Shown: piece by piece, positions 46,401-56,093 of the stretch
Numbering within the stretch: position 1 is the stretch's first letter
Layout: every line of letters starts with the position of its first letter
Source: an uncultured archaeon
GTDB taxonomy: Archaea; Iainarchaeota; Iainarchaeia; Iainarchaeales; DTGL01
Length of the DNA stretch: 64,000 bases
Reading direction: 5' to 3'
NCBI GenBank assembly: GCA_964551725.1
Contig: CAZKED010000002.1
Span: 25,466 to 89,465 of the forward strand
Notes under the pieces: generated by a model
Told to the model about the DNA's origin: nothing
Database searches by the model: none
Seen by the model: the letters and a program-made list of their open reading frames with translations, nothing else
Program-made: the position numbers and the translations under genes

Positions 46401-47672
46401 ATGAGCGATTCCATCCTGGGACTGGGCGGCTGCGAGGAAGTCGGCAGAAGCAGTTTTTTGCTAGACATCGGTGAAAAAATTTTGCTCGAATGCGGCATCA
46501 AGTTAAGCCCCACGGGAACAGAATATCCGCTGCCCTTGCACACAAATCTTGATGTTGCAATTATTTCCCACGCCCACCTGGACCATTCCGGGAATTTGCC
46601 TCACCTCTTCCTTAAAAGCAATCCCCTCTGCTACATGACGCAGCCCACGCTTGACTTGGCGGAACTTTTGTGGCACGACACGCTCAAAATAGCGGGACTG
46701 GAAGGAACGGAGGAAAAGTTCTCGAAGGAGGAAATAAAGCGCACCCGCAAGTATTCCTTCGCGATAGGCTACAACAGAAAAATGCCCATTACAAAAAAAT
46801 GCTCCATGGAATTCTTCAACGCAGGACACATTCTTGGCTCCGTTCTCACAAAGCTTTCCTTTTCAGGCAAATCGCTCCTTTACACCGGCGACTTCAAGGT
46901 GAAGGAAACAAGGCTGCTTGAAAAAGCCGACCTCAAAGTGGGTCACGTTGACTACGTTGTAATTGAATCCACTTACGGCGACAGAGAGCACCCGGACAGG
47001 AAGAAAACCGAGAAAGAATTCGTTGAAAAGGTGCAGGACACCGTTGACAGGGGCGGGACAGCGCTTGTTCCGGCGTTCGCCGTGGGAAGGAGCCACGAAA
47101 TAATAGACGTATTGCACGAATACAAGTTGAACGCGCCTGTTTACTTGGACGGAATGGCAAAAACCGCTGCAAGGATTACAATGAATTACCCCAAATTCCT
47201 CAAGGACGCAAAATTCCTGGGAAAGGCGTTAAAGAGCACCAAATGGATTAAAAACGAGGGGCAGAGAAGGCACGCTTTAAAAGAGCCCTCGGTGATAGTA
47301 ACCACTGCGGGAATGCTCGAAGGAGGCCCTGTGCTCAACTACATTAAAAAAATCCACGCTGACAAAAACTCGAGCGTTCTCCTCACGGGCTATCAAGTAG
47401 AGCAGACAAAAGGGCGCAGGCTGCTTGAAACGGGAAAAATCGAGGTGGACGGCGAAACATACAAGTTAAAGTGCGACGTGCAGAAATTCGACTTTTCAGC
47501 GCACGCCTCCCAGAGCGAAATGCTTTACGCGCTCAACAAGTGGTCTCCGCAGAAAGCATTCATAGTGCACGGGGAAAAGAGCGTTGCGCACAAATTCGGG
47601 AAAAAAATAAAAGAAGAATTGGGCATTAATGCGGTTGTCCTCAAGCAGGGCAAAACGGAAAAACTTGATTGA
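46401..47672 (+). CDS. Metallo-beta-lactamase / beta-CASP family ribonuclease (aCPSF2/RNase J-like)
   Basis: HAHLDHSG motif, beta-CASP motifs (D..., H near C-terminus HASQSEM..), ~425 aa; ATG 46401 preferred to 46380. Confidence 0.7.
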   Translation: MSDSILGLGGCEEVGRSSFLLDIGEKILLECGIKLSPTGTEYPLPLHTNLDVAIISHAHLDHSGNLPHLFLKSNPLCYMTQPTLDLAELLWHDTLKIAGLEGTEEKFSKEEIKRTRKYSFAIGYNRKMPITKKCSMEFFNAGHILGSVLTKLSFSGKSLLYTGDFKVKETRLLEKADLKVGHVDYVVIESTYGDREHPDRKKTEKEFVEKVQDTVDRGGTALVPAFAVGRSHEIIDVLHEYKLNAPVYLDGMAKTAARITMNYPKFLKDAKFLGKALKSTKWIKNEGQRRHALKEPSVIVTTAGMLEGGPVLNYIKKIHADKNSSVLLTGYQVEQTKGRRLLETGKIEVDGETYKLKCDVQKFDFSAHASQSEMLYALNKWSPQKAFIVHGEKSVAHKFGKKIKEELGINAVVLKQGKTEKLD

Positions 47673-48448
47673 AAATGAATTTCCTCGAATTTTTACGGGA
47701 GGCATTCGCCCTCCTCAAAAAACACCCTAAGCTTTTTGCACCGAACCTTTTCCTGAGCTTTTATTACGGAATAATGGAACTGCTCCTTGCAATGAGCCTT
47801 CTTTCCTTCGCGGAAAGCTACCGCGCGGGCATAGTGCCTGTTGCTGTAGGAGAGGAACTCGTTTATGTTTTTTCCGTTCTCTTGGTCATGCTCCTTTTCG
47901 GATTATTTTTCAGCGTTCTGATATGGGGAATGTACCCCGCAATGGCAAGGAGCTTTTTTGCCGGGAAGAACATTTCCTTCCCTGCCGCGGCAAGGGTTTC
48001 AATCAAGAGATTCCGCTTCGTTTTCACTTCGCTTATACTCTGCTCTATTCTGCCCGCTGCACTTGTTGCCTTTTTGTTCCTCCAGCTGATCCTCCTCTAC
48101 GGAACCTTTGAGTTCTGGCTCTACCTCGTGCTCATGCTGGTCGTTTTGTTTGCTTACCTTTTTTTCTTTTACATTCTCGCCTCATCTTCGGTGCTCGGAA
48201 AAAATTCAATAAAATCCATTTTCAGGGAATCGCTCGCTCTCACGAGGAAAAACCCGGTTGTCGTCTCGAAAGCGGCAGCGTTCTCCCTGGTTCTTTCCGT
48301 GCTGGGCTGGGTTTTCGCTTTCCTTGCGTGGAATCCGGCTTTTATGGTTTCGTTCTGGATTTCGAGGTTTGTCAGCGCCGTTGTAGCCACTTACTCGCAG
48401 ACCCTCAATCCCACCATTTACCTCGGTTTGAAAGGTGGCTTGGAATGA
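47669..48448 (+). CDS. Hypothetical polytopic membrane protein
   Basis: 259 aa, 6 hydrophobic segments; ATGA-coupled to beta-CASP RNase upstream and NMD3 downstream. Confidence 0.4.
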   Translation: MKMNFLEFLREAFALLKKHPKLFAPNLFLSFYYGIMELLLAMSLLSFAESYRAGIVPVAVGEELVYVFSVLLVMLLFGLFFSVLIWGMYPAMARSFFAGKNISFPAAARVSIKRFRFVFTSLILCSILPAALVAFLFLQLILLYGTFEFWLYLVLMLVVLFAYLFFFYILASSSVLGKNSIKSIFRESLALTRKNPVVVSKAAAFSLVLSVLGWVFAFLAWNPAFMVSFWISRFVSAVVATYSQTLNPTIYLGLKGGLE

Positions 48449-49143
48449 CTGCCTTCTGCCCCAAGTGCGGCGCCACAAAGGGAAAATTCATACACGGCTT
48501 CTGCGAAAAATGCTTCCTGGAAGACCACGAGCTGATTTCCCTTCCGGCGGAACTCGAAATACAGAAATGCCCGGTCTGCGGAAAAGTGAAATTATCCGGA
48601 AAATGGGAGGCGTTCACCCCAAAAAACCTGAAAAAATTCGTTGAAGCAAAGGCAAAGGTGAAAGAACTGCTCGGGGAGGAAAAATCGGCAGAAATCGGCA
48701 AGAGGGAGAATGGCACCCTTGAAGCAGTGGTGAAAGCAAGGGGGAAAATTGGCACGGAGGAGATTGAAACCGAAAGGCATTCTACCATCAAATTCGTAAA
48801 AGAGAGCTGCGATTCCTGCAACCGCGTTGCCGGCGGTTACTTCGAGGCAACAATCCAGATACGCTGGAAAAAACCGGGGAATTCCGCAAAACGCGGAAGA
48901 GTTCTCAAAGAAATCGAATTCGCGCTTTCCCTTCAGGGCAGCGATTCACTGGCGCGCATAGTGAGAATCGAGGAAAAAAAGAACGGTTTTGATGCAAGGA
49001 TTGGGTCGAACAGCGCCGCGCGCCTTGCAGTTTCGCGCCTCAGAAAAAAATTCAAGGAAAAAGCTGTAACCTCCTCAAAGCTCGCGGGCGTAACAAGGGA
49101 CGGGAGGAAAAAAACCAGGTTAACTTACTGCTTTCGCCTCTGA
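48445..49143 (+). CDS. NMD3-family protein (60S subunit export/biogenesis factor homolog)
   Basis: N-terminal CPKCG...C.KC...C.C.. Cys clusters and OB-like domain typical of archaeal NMD3; ORF track start 48328 is upstream in-frame extension. Confidence 0.6.
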   Translation: MTAFCPKCGATKGKFIHGFCEKCFLEDHELISLPAELEIQKCPVCGKVKLSGKWEAFTPKNLKKFVEAKAKVKELLGEEKSAEIGKRENGTLEAVVKARGKIGTEEIETERHSTIKFVKESCDSCNRVAGGYFEATIQIRWKKPGNSAKRGRVLKEIEFALSLQGSDSLARIVRIEEKKNGFDARIGSNSAARLAVSRLRKKFKEKAVTSSKLAGVTRDGRKKTRLTYCFRL

Positions 49144-49169
49144 GTTGCCCGTATTCCGCTGTACTGCAG

Positions 49170-49880
49170 TCAGCTTTCGAATTCCTTCAATTTATTTTTT
49201 ATTTCTTCCTCTGGCACGGTGCTCACAAGCAGTGGAATCCTTTCGCTTTCCGCGATCCTTATCGCTATTTTGTCCACTTTTTCGGGGTCCTTTGGACCGT
49301 GCAGTACGACCAAAGAGGGCTTCATGTCGGTGCTGAACCTGCCGACCTTAACCGCAATGAGTGGTGATCTGCCATTTTCAACGTTCTTGAAAATCAGCGC
49401 TCTGTCGGGCGTTCTGCCGTACAGGTGCATGTACTCGTGCACCGGTACTTCGATTATTACTTTAAGCGAATCAATGATGGTGTAGCCGTAAATGTCCGTT
49501 TCTTTCAGTCTCGAAGGGTTTGCAATGCATTTCGCGCCAATTTTTTCCATGAACGTTTTTGCGTTCATTGCGGAATAGAATTCGTGTATGTCGAATATTT
49601 CTTCTTTCGGCTCGAAGTCCTTCATTAACTGCTTTACTATCTTGCCCCCGCGTTTGCCATCGAGCTCAATCAGTGCATTCACGAACCTGCTTATTACCAC
49701 GATGCCCGGGCTCTTTCTCCTTCCTCCCTCATAATCGCTTATCGTGGAGCTTGAAACGCCCAGAAATTCCGCGAGTTCCGTCTGGTTAATGCCGAAGATT
49801 TCCCTCCACTTTTTCATGCTTCCGCCGGGGTCCTTGCTCAGCGTTATTTCTCCGGCAATCGTGTTGCGAAGTTTCTCCAT
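49170..49880 (-). CDS. HTH (XRE/cro-C1 type) transcriptional regulator, COG1395-like
   Basis: WREIFGINQTELAEFLGVSSSTISDYEGGRR HTH_3 motif followed by ~170-aa conserved C-terminal domain. Confidence 0.55.
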   Translation of the reverse strand: MEKLRNTIAGEITLSKDPGGSMKKWREIFGINQTELAEFLGVSSSTISDYEGGRRKSPGIVVISRFVNALIELDGKRGGKIVKQLMKDFEPKEEIFDIHEFYSAMNAKTFMEKIGAKCIANPSRLKETDIYGYTIIDSLKVIIEVPVHEYMHLYGRTPDRALIFKNVENGRSPLIAVKVGRFSTDMKPSLVVLHGPKDPEKVDKIAIRIAESERIPLLVSTVPEEEIKNKLKEFES

Positions 49881-49964
49881 ACAATAAAAAATGCCAGAAC
49901 AGGTTTAAAAAGGTTACGTCAATCGCACGCCGCAGAATTCGTTCTTTAACGCACTCTTCTTAAA

Positions 49965-50648
49965 TTATTTCAAGAAATCAAGGGCTAAGGAAATAATCCA
50001 GTCGCCCTTGTGGGGCTTTTTGGGATTAGTGTTGCCGACAATCATTGTGTCCTTTATGTGGGTTTCTCTGCGGCTTTCCCTGCCGCCGCGGAGAATGGAA
50101 AGGTTTTCTCCGAGGTTCTGCCTCGCATGGAAATGGCTTCTCCTGGATTTTTCCACAAGCCTTCCTTTCTTTTGCCCCATTATTTCTTCTATGGATTTTT
50201 CAGACATTAATTCCATTACTACATATCTTCCTTTTATTTCCCCATAAATCTCCGGCATTATAAGCCTGTAGCCCCTAGGCCTTATTGCGCCCTGCTGCAC
50301 TGCTTTTTGGTGTGTTATGAACATTCTTTGGAGTTCCCTGAAATCAAGCCCTTCTTTCGCTTCCCCGCGAGTATCCTTTATTACAACTGGAACGCCGTTG
50401 AATTCATAAAGCCTCACAAAGTGATGCTTTCCAGCCTTGGGCAGCGTGTTGAAGAACTGTGGGTGGGAGTCAAGTTTTTTCTCAACATCACTCAGTAAAG
50501 CGTTTCTTTTCTCTTTAGGAATGATGCTTCTCTTCAAAACGCTTTCAGTGGTTTTTTCCAGGGGCCCTCTTCCCCTGCTGGCTTTGGGTCTTCGCCTCCA
50601 ACGCTTTGGAAGCAAATTCCTAAAAGTTATTCTGCGAAGCTGCACCAT
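49965..50648 (-). CDS. Putative small atypical protein kinase-like protein (Bud32/RIO/Kdo-kinase-like fold); tentative
   Basis: Spacing of VVIK (Lys), hinge VVMELM, HIKD (HxD), DF (DFG-like) matches minimal kinase fold; very basic N-terminus. Confidence 0.25.
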   Translation of the reverse strand: MVQLRRITFRNLLPKRWRRRPKASRGRGPLEKTTESVLKRSIIPKEKRNALLSDVEKKLDSHPQFFNTLPKAGKHHFVRLYEFNGVPVVIKDTRGEAKEGLDFRELQRMFITHQKAVQQGAIRPRGYRLIMPEIYGEIKGRYVVMELMSEKSIEEIMGQKKGRLVEKSRRSHFHARQNLGENLSILRGGRESRRETHIKDTMIVGNTNPKKPHKGDWIISLALDFLK

Positions 50649-50711
50649 AAAATTATTGCACTGCGAGGGAATTTAATTGTTTTCCCTGCCGTGCCAAAGC
50701 GCGGGGGAATA

Positions 50712-50784
50712 AGGCAGAAAACGGACCCGGGGGGATTCGAACCCCCGATCTACAGCTTAGGAGGCTGCCGCCTTGTCCTCTAGG
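50712..50784 (-). tRNA. tRNA-Arg (anticodon CCU)
   Basis: Manual fold: acceptor GGACCCG/CGGGTCC, D-stem GCCT/AGGC, anticodon stem GCAGC/GCTGT, loop CTCCTAA, T-arm GGGGG-TTCGAAT-CCCCC, discriminator G. Confidence 0.85.
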
Positions 50785-51806
50785 CTACGGGTCCTCAGAA
50801 TTTTAAGCAATTCTTCCTGTCTCTTGCTTTTGTTTGGATGTATAAAACCTATTTCTTCCAGAAACCTTTTTATTGTGCTGTGTTTTCTTATTCTCAACTC
50901 CCAGGTCAATGTTTTCTTGCCGGTGGAGGGAGAATGCGATTTTCTGCCGTATGGCTTGAGGGTTTCGATTCCAAATTCTTGTAAATTTTCTTTTATTTCT
51001 TCAATGAATCCTTTGTCTTTGAAGGAAACATCCACAAAAAATTGGGCACACTTGTGCGGGCTTTTTGGAAGGGTTCCGTCAGCATCAAACAGTCCTCTCA
51101 AGTACCATTTCAATATTTTCCTATTTTTTTTCATTATTTTTGGTATTCTGAGGTTTGATTTTTTTCCCAGATTAATTCCAAACACTTTGTTAATGAAAGA
51201 ATTGATGACTTTTCTTCTTACGGGCACGCGGTAAGATTGTTTTGTTGATTTTTTGCTTCTCTTTTCCTCAATTTTTGCTTTGGTTCCAAAAATTTTTTCT
51301 GTTAGAGAGCAGACCAATTCAATCTGCGGTTTATACTCGTCATCAAAGCAGGTTCTTTTCCCGTCAGAGCAGAGAAAACCATCGCCTTGAAGATAGCCGA
51401 CAAAGTATGCCAAAGCAGGGTCTAGATATTTTGGAAGGATCACTTTTTCCTTTCTTGCAGTGCAATAAAAATCGCTTTCAAAAATTTTGTTCCAGAGCGT
51501 TCCGCTTAAGTCCAATTCAGCGATTTTTTTCAAAAAGAACAACGGGCATGCTTTTTTTACATTTAAGTATTTTCTAACAGTTTCAGGATGCATATTGCTT
51601 TTTTCTGCGATTTTTTCAAGGCTTGTTCCCCCCGCTTTTTCAAGAGGGATTTTATTGATCCCAGCAAGCCGGATTTTTTCATCAAGCAGAGGCAAATAGT
51701 TCTCCAGCTTAACTTTTGGTTTATCGGGAAAAACAGCTTTCATGAAAAAAAGAGAGAATTTGTTATTTAAAAATGCTTGAAACCGTGATTCCCCTAAACC
51801 GCGCAA
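50757..51806 (-). CDS. Free-standing double-motif LAGLIDADG homing-endonuclease-like protein with N-terminal HTH region
   Basis: Two LAGLIDADG motifs (YFVGYLQGDGFL; WYLRGLFDADGTL); ~30 % GC vs ~50 % flanks; last 9 codons overlap tRNA-Arg. Confidence 0.65.
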   Translation of the reverse strand: MRGLGESRFQAFLNNKFSLFFMKAVFPDKPKVKLENYLPLLDEKIRLAGINKIPLEKAGGTSLEKIAEKSNMHPETVRKYLNVKKACPLFFLKKIAELDLSGTLWNKIFESDFYCTARKEKVILPKYLDPALAYFVGYLQGDGFLCSDGKRTCFDDEYKPQIELVCSLTEKIFGTKAKIEEKRSKKSTKQSYRVPVRRKVINSFINKVFGINLGKKSNLRIPKIMKKNRKILKWYLRGLFDADGTLPKSPHKCAQFFVDVSFKDKGFIEEIKENLQEFGIETLKPYGRKSHSPSTGKKTLTWELRIRKHSTIKRFLEEIGFIHPNKSKRQEELLKILRTRSLEDKAAAS

Positions 51807-51815
51807 CCCGATTAC

Positions 51816-52517
51816 TCAGTCCCTTATTTCAACCCGTTCAACATACTTTTCCATTATTTTCTTCATTTCTTCCAGTTCTTCGCTGGAATAGGATCTTACT
51901 TTTTGAAAGCGCGGGTCCAGCAATGGCGCATCCTTCTCGAACTGCTGCAGGTAGAATGCCTTTGCGCCCTTCAACCATTTCCCCATTTTTTCAAAATCCT
52001 TTTTTTCCAGAATGCCGGGCACAACCGTAGTGCGGAACTCGTAATCTATGCCGCTGCTCTTGAGCAGTTCGACGCTTTTTTGCACCGCTTCCTTGTCCAC
52101 GATTACGTTTGCGGCTTTGTCGTACTTTTCAATCGGAGCCTTTATGTCCATTGCAATGTAATCCGCCAGTTTTTCTTCAATCAATTCGCGCAGCATTCCA
52201 GGATTCGTTCCGTTGGTGTCAAGCTTCACTTTGTATCCCAGTTCTTTCACTCTCTGAATGAAATGCTTCAAGCCCGAGTGCAGGGTTGGCTCGCCGCCGG
52301 TAATGCAGACAGCATCCAATACATTCTTTCTTTTGCGCAGGAATTCGAGAACCTCCCTTTCACTTATCGATTCTTCCGCCTCCTCCAGGACAAGCGAGGG
52401 ATTCTGGCAGTAGGGGCAGCGGAAATTGCACTTGTCCACGAACAGAGTGCACGCTACCTCGTTTGGGTAATCAATAAGCGTTGTTTTCTGCAGTCCGCGG
52501 AAAATCATGGCATCCAC
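51816..52517 (-). CDS. nrdG: Anaerobic ribonucleoside-triphosphate reductase activating protein (radical SAM)
   Basis: CNFRCPYCQN radical-SAM motif, 233 aa, immediately downstream of nrdD. Confidence 0.8.
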   Translation of the reverse strand: MDAMIFRGLQKTTLIDYPNEVACTLFVDKCNFRCPYCQNPSLVLEEAEESISEREVLEFLRKRKNVLDAVCITGGEPTLHSGLKHFIQRVKELGYKVKLDTNGTNPGMLRELIEEKLADYIAMDIKAPIEKYDKAANVIVDKEAVQKSVELLKSSGIDYEFRTTVVPGILEKKDFEKMGKWLKGAKAFYLQQFEKDAPLLDPRFQKVRSYSSEELEEMKKIMEKYVERVEIRD

Positions 52518-52572
52518 CTAGAAAGAAAGGGGAAAAATATAAGAATGCAAGAATTGGCAAAAATGGCCTGGG

Positions 52573-54717
52573 TCACTTTGTTTTTGCAATTGCTTTTTTC
52601 TCTGAATAGGTTTTCCTTTCCTCGAATTCCTGCTTTTTTCCCTCGTTCCAGTTCTGAACAGGTCTGTAGTATCCTACCACGCGGCTGTACACTTCAGTAT
52701 CCTTGTTGCATTTGGGCACTTTTCCACCTCCGCTAACTTCAACCGGACACTTGTAGTGCTTTCCCTGCACGTATCCGTGCACGGGGCAGATGCTGAATGT
52801 CGGCGTAACAGTAAAATAGGGAAGCCTGTAATTGTTTGCAATTTTCCTCACGAGTTTTTTTGTTGATTCGCCGCTTGACATCTTTTCACCCATGAAACCG
52901 TGCAGAACCGTTCCGCCGGTATACTTGCACTGCAGTTCGTCCTGGTGGTCCAGTGCCTCGAAAACATCGTCGGTGTGGTCCACGGGCAGGTGCGTCGAAT
53001 TTGTGTAATACGGCGCTTCTTTGGTGCCCGCGGTCTTAATGTCCGGGTAATTCTTGACATCAATGCTTGCAAGCCTGTAGGAAGCGCCCTCCGCGGGCGT
53101 TGCCTCGAGGTTGTAAATGTTTCCTGTCTCTTCTTGAAATTCGGCGAGTTTTCCCCTCATAAAATCAAGCGTTTTCAGGGCGAGCTTCCTTCCTTCCTTC
53201 GAGGCAATGTCTTTTCCCAAAAAGTTTTCGCAGGCTTCATTCATTCCGTTCGGGCCTATTGTTGCAAAGTGGTAATCGAACGTGCCGAGATAGCGTTTTG
53301 ACCAGGGCAGCAGGCCGTTTTGCATGTTCTTTTCCACTTCCTTCCTTTTGATTTCAAGAGCCTCCTTCGCCAGATACATAAGGTAATCCAGTCTCTCGAA
53401 GAATTCGTCCTCGTTTTTGCTTAGATAGCCCAGCTGCGGCATGTTTATTGTTGCCACGCCGATGCTTCCCGTTTTTTCGCCGCTCCCGAACAGGCCCCCA
53501 GTTTTCTGCCTGAGTTCCCTTACGTCCAACTGCAGCCGGCAGCACATGCTTCTCACGTCGCTCGGCTTGAGCGACGAGTTGATGAAGTTCTGGAAGTAGG
53601 GCGTTCCGTACTTTGAAGTCATTTCGAAAAGCATGTCCGCTTTTTCCGAATCCCACTCGAAGTCCTTTGTTATGTTGAAAGTCGGAATGGGAAAAGTGAA
53701 TATCCTGCCGTTCATGTCCCCTGCGCTCATAACATCAATGAATGCTTTGTCTATGAGGTCGATTTCTTGCTGGAATTCCCCATAGGTTTCATTTATTTCC
53801 TTTCCTCCGTAAATTGCGGGCATTCCTTCCATATCCTCGGGCACTATCCAGTCAAGGGTTAGGTTGGTGAAAGGAACCTGGTTGCCCCACCTTGAAGTTG
53901 CATTGATGGCGAAAACGAATTCCTGGATGCTCTGTTTTATCCTCTTGTAGTCCAGGTTGTCCTTTTTTGCCAGCGGAGCAAGATATGTGTCAAAGGAGCT
54001 GAAAGCCTGCGCTCCAGCCCACTCGTTCTGCATTGTTCCCATAAAATTTACCATCTGCCCGAGCGCTGCGTTAAAGTGCTTTGCCGGAGCAGCAGCAATT
54101 CTCCCCGGCACCCCGTTGAATCCCTCTTCGAGCAACTGCCTCAGGGACCAGCCGGCACAATATGCCGCAAAAGTGCCCACACCCAAATCGTGTATGTGAA
54201 GAGACGCATTCACGTGCGCTTTCGAGATTTCCGGCGGGTAAATGTTTTTCAGCGTGTATTCTGAAATAATCGTGTCCGAAACATGCGCCTGCAGCCCGCT
54301 CAGGGAATAGGAGGCATTGCTGTTCTCTTTCACTCGCCACGATTTTTCAAGTACGTAATCCTCGATTATTTTCCCCGCCTTTTCAAGGAATGCTTTCGTG
54401 TCCCTTATGCGGTTTCTCTCAGCGCGGTACAAGATGAATGCTTTGGCTGTCTTTGCGTGCCCAGATTCAATGAGTTCCCTTTCAACCTCGTCCTGTATCT
54501 GCTCAACAGTGGGAATTTTTGCGCCGAACTTCTTCTTGAGCCGGTGCACCACCCGCTCAGAGAGCTCTTTTGCCTTTTTCCTGTCCTTTCCTCCTACGGC
54601 TTTCGCGGCCTTAAAAATTGCTTCCTCTATTTTTTCCTTCTGGAAAGGCGCAATGCGGCCATCACGCTTCTTCACTTTTTCAAGAAATTTTTTCTCCACT
54701 AAAAAAGCCCCCAGCAC
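52573..54717 (-). CDS. nrdD: Anaerobic ribonucleoside-triphosphate reductase (class III RNR) with N-terminal ATP-cone
   Basis: ATP-cone (VKKRDGRIAPFQKEKIEEAI), class III core, C-terminal Zn site CPVHG...C..C and glycyl-radical region. Confidence 0.85.
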   Translation of the reverse strand: MLGAFLVEKKFLEKVKKRDGRIAPFQKEKIEEAIFKAAKAVGGKDRKKAKELSERVVHRLKKKFGAKIPTVEQIQDEVERELIESGHAKTAKAFILYRAERNRIRDTKAFLEKAGKIIEDYVLEKSWRVKENSNASYSLSGLQAHVSDTIISEYTLKNIYPPEISKAHVNASLHIHDLGVGTFAAYCAGWSLRQLLEEGFNGVPGRIAAAPAKHFNAALGQMVNFMGTMQNEWAGAQAFSSFDTYLAPLAKKDNLDYKRIKQSIQEFVFAINATSRWGNQVPFTNLTLDWIVPEDMEGMPAIYGGKEINETYGEFQQEIDLIDKAFIDVMSAGDMNGRIFTFPIPTFNITKDFEWDSEKADMLFEMTSKYGTPYFQNFINSSLKPSDVRSMCCRLQLDVRELRQKTGGLFGSGEKTGSIGVATINMPQLGYLSKNEDEFFERLDYLMYLAKEALEIKRKEVEKNMQNGLLPWSKRYLGTFDYHFATIGPNGMNEACENFLGKDIASKEGRKLALKTLDFMRGKLAEFQEETGNIYNLEATPAEGASYRLASIDVKNYPDIKTAGTKEAPYYTNSTHLPVDHTDDVFEALDHQDELQCKYTGGTVLHGFMGEKMSSGESTKKLVRKIANNYRLPYFTVTPTFSICPVHGYVQGKHYKCPVEVSGGGKVPKCNKDTEVYSRVVGYYRPVQNWNEGKKQEFEERKTYSEKKAIAKTK

Positions 54718-54789
54718 AAAAAGAATTCTGCGGTGTAATGAATAAGCAACACAACTTTAAAAATTTTATGGAAAAATTCGAAATCCAAA

Positions 54790-55371
54790 CTAAAAAATTA
54801 TGTATAAGATGAGCCCCGATGCCACTGGCACGCTCAGGTTGTCGTTCAGGGGCATTAATTCCACAAGCATTGCGCCCGCGGCAAGGACGAATGCCTTCCA
54901 TACTGCTGGAAAGAGACCGAATGCCGGCAGTAAAAGAACGGCAAACGCAGCCAAGAAGCCGCTCAGACTCCCCTCCAGGCTCTTGTTTTCCGCAATCCAG
55001 TGCTTGCCGCAGCGGGAGCCAACAATCGTTGAAATCCCGTCGCCGAAGACTACGGGCACAAGCGCAGGCGCCGCGAGATACGGTGCCTTTAAAACGTAAA
55101 CGCAGAGGTACAGAAGAAGCGCGGCGCCAAGGAAGAAAAGCAGAGCGCCCTTTCCCGGCAGTTTTTTCTCATCAAGCCTTTCCACGTGCCCCACAAGGGC
55201 GGAGAACACCGGCACGTCCATTCCAGTCCGCAAAAGATTCGACACTACAAGCCCGAGGATGAACGCAAGCGCCAGAAGCAGCAGGGCTTCCCCTGCCCCC
55301 AATAAAAGCGTTAAAGCAATAAAAAGAGTGCCAAAGCCAATGTGAACCAGCTGCCTTTTCATTTCCCGCAT
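54790..55371 (-). CDS. CTP-dependent polyprenol/dolichol kinase or CdsA-like cytidylyltransferase-family membrane protein
   Basis: 193 aa polytopic; C-terminal ...VVFGDGISTIVGSRCGKH...NKSLEGSLSGF resembles CTP-transferase_1/DUF92 signature. Confidence 0.4.
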   Translation of the reverse strand: MREMKRQLVHIGFGTLFIALTLLLGAGEALLLLALAFILGLVVSNLLRTGMDVPVFSALVGHVERLDEKKLPGKGALLFFLGAALLLYLCVYVLKAPYLAAPALVPVVFGDGISTIVGSRCGKHWIAENKSLEGSLSGFLAAFAVLLLPAFGLFPAVWKAFVLAAGAMLVELMPLNDNLSVPVASGLILYIIF

Positions 55372-55388
55372 TTTTCCCAGCCTTTTTT

Positions 55389-56051
55389 TCAGTTTTTTTC
55401 CAGCACGTAAAGCACGTGGTCCTTTTCAAACGGTTTCAGGTTTACCGCTTGGAGCACTTTGAATTCTTTTTTCAGAACGCTTTCCTGTTCCGCGAAAATT
55501 TTTTCCGGAGCGCGCGTGCTCGAAACGCTCTGCGCTTTCACCGCAATAATGCCCGATGCCCCTTTTTTAAGGAACGCCCGCGCGTTCCTGTTGAATATTT
55601 CCGCCTGGTTTTTCTGGGCGATGTCCTGGTAGAGCAAATCTATTTCAATTCCCCTAATGTATTCCGCATAGGATTCCGGAGAGCCGGCGTCCGCCAGCAG
55701 CGGAACCATGTTCCCCCGGCATTCGCATACCTCTAGGAATTTCTTCATTGTTTTCTCCGCTATGTCCACGCCGAACAGCATTCCATCCCTGCCTATAATG
55801 TCGCTAAGGTGCGACGCCGTGGTTCCTTCGGCAGCGCCGAGGTAGAGCACGTTGTCTCCCGATTCCAGGGGCAGTTTTTTCAGCCCGTTTTTTATCGCCG
55901 CGCATAGCTTGCTTCTGAACGGAATCCATTCCCTGTATTCTTTTCTTTTCACGCTGAAAAGTTTTTCCCCGTAAACGCGCGTTCCCGGGACCAGATTTCT
56001 TGTGAGGATTTTTCCCCTGCTTTCGAAAACTCCCTGAAATATTTCCTTCAT
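55389..56051 (-). CDS. flpA: Fibrillarin-like rRNA/tRNA 2'-O-methyltransferase
   Basis: VLYLGAAEGTTASHLSDI SAM-binding motif and overall fibrillarin pattern; 220 aa. Confidence 0.9.
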   Translation of the reverse strand: MKEIFQGVFESRGKILTRNLVPGTRVYGEKLFSVKRKEYREWIPFRSKLCAAIKNGLKKLPLESGDNVLYLGAAEGTTASHLSDIIGRDGMLFGVDIAEKTMKKFLEVCECRGNMVPLLADAGSPESYAEYIRGIEIDLLYQDIAQKNQAEIFNRNARAFLKKGASGIIAVKAQSVSSTRAPEKIFAEQESVLKKEFKVLQAVNLKPFEKDHVLYVLEKN

Positions 56052-56093
56052 GGAAGAAATTAGCGCGGAAAAAATAATAAAAGGATGCCGGGC

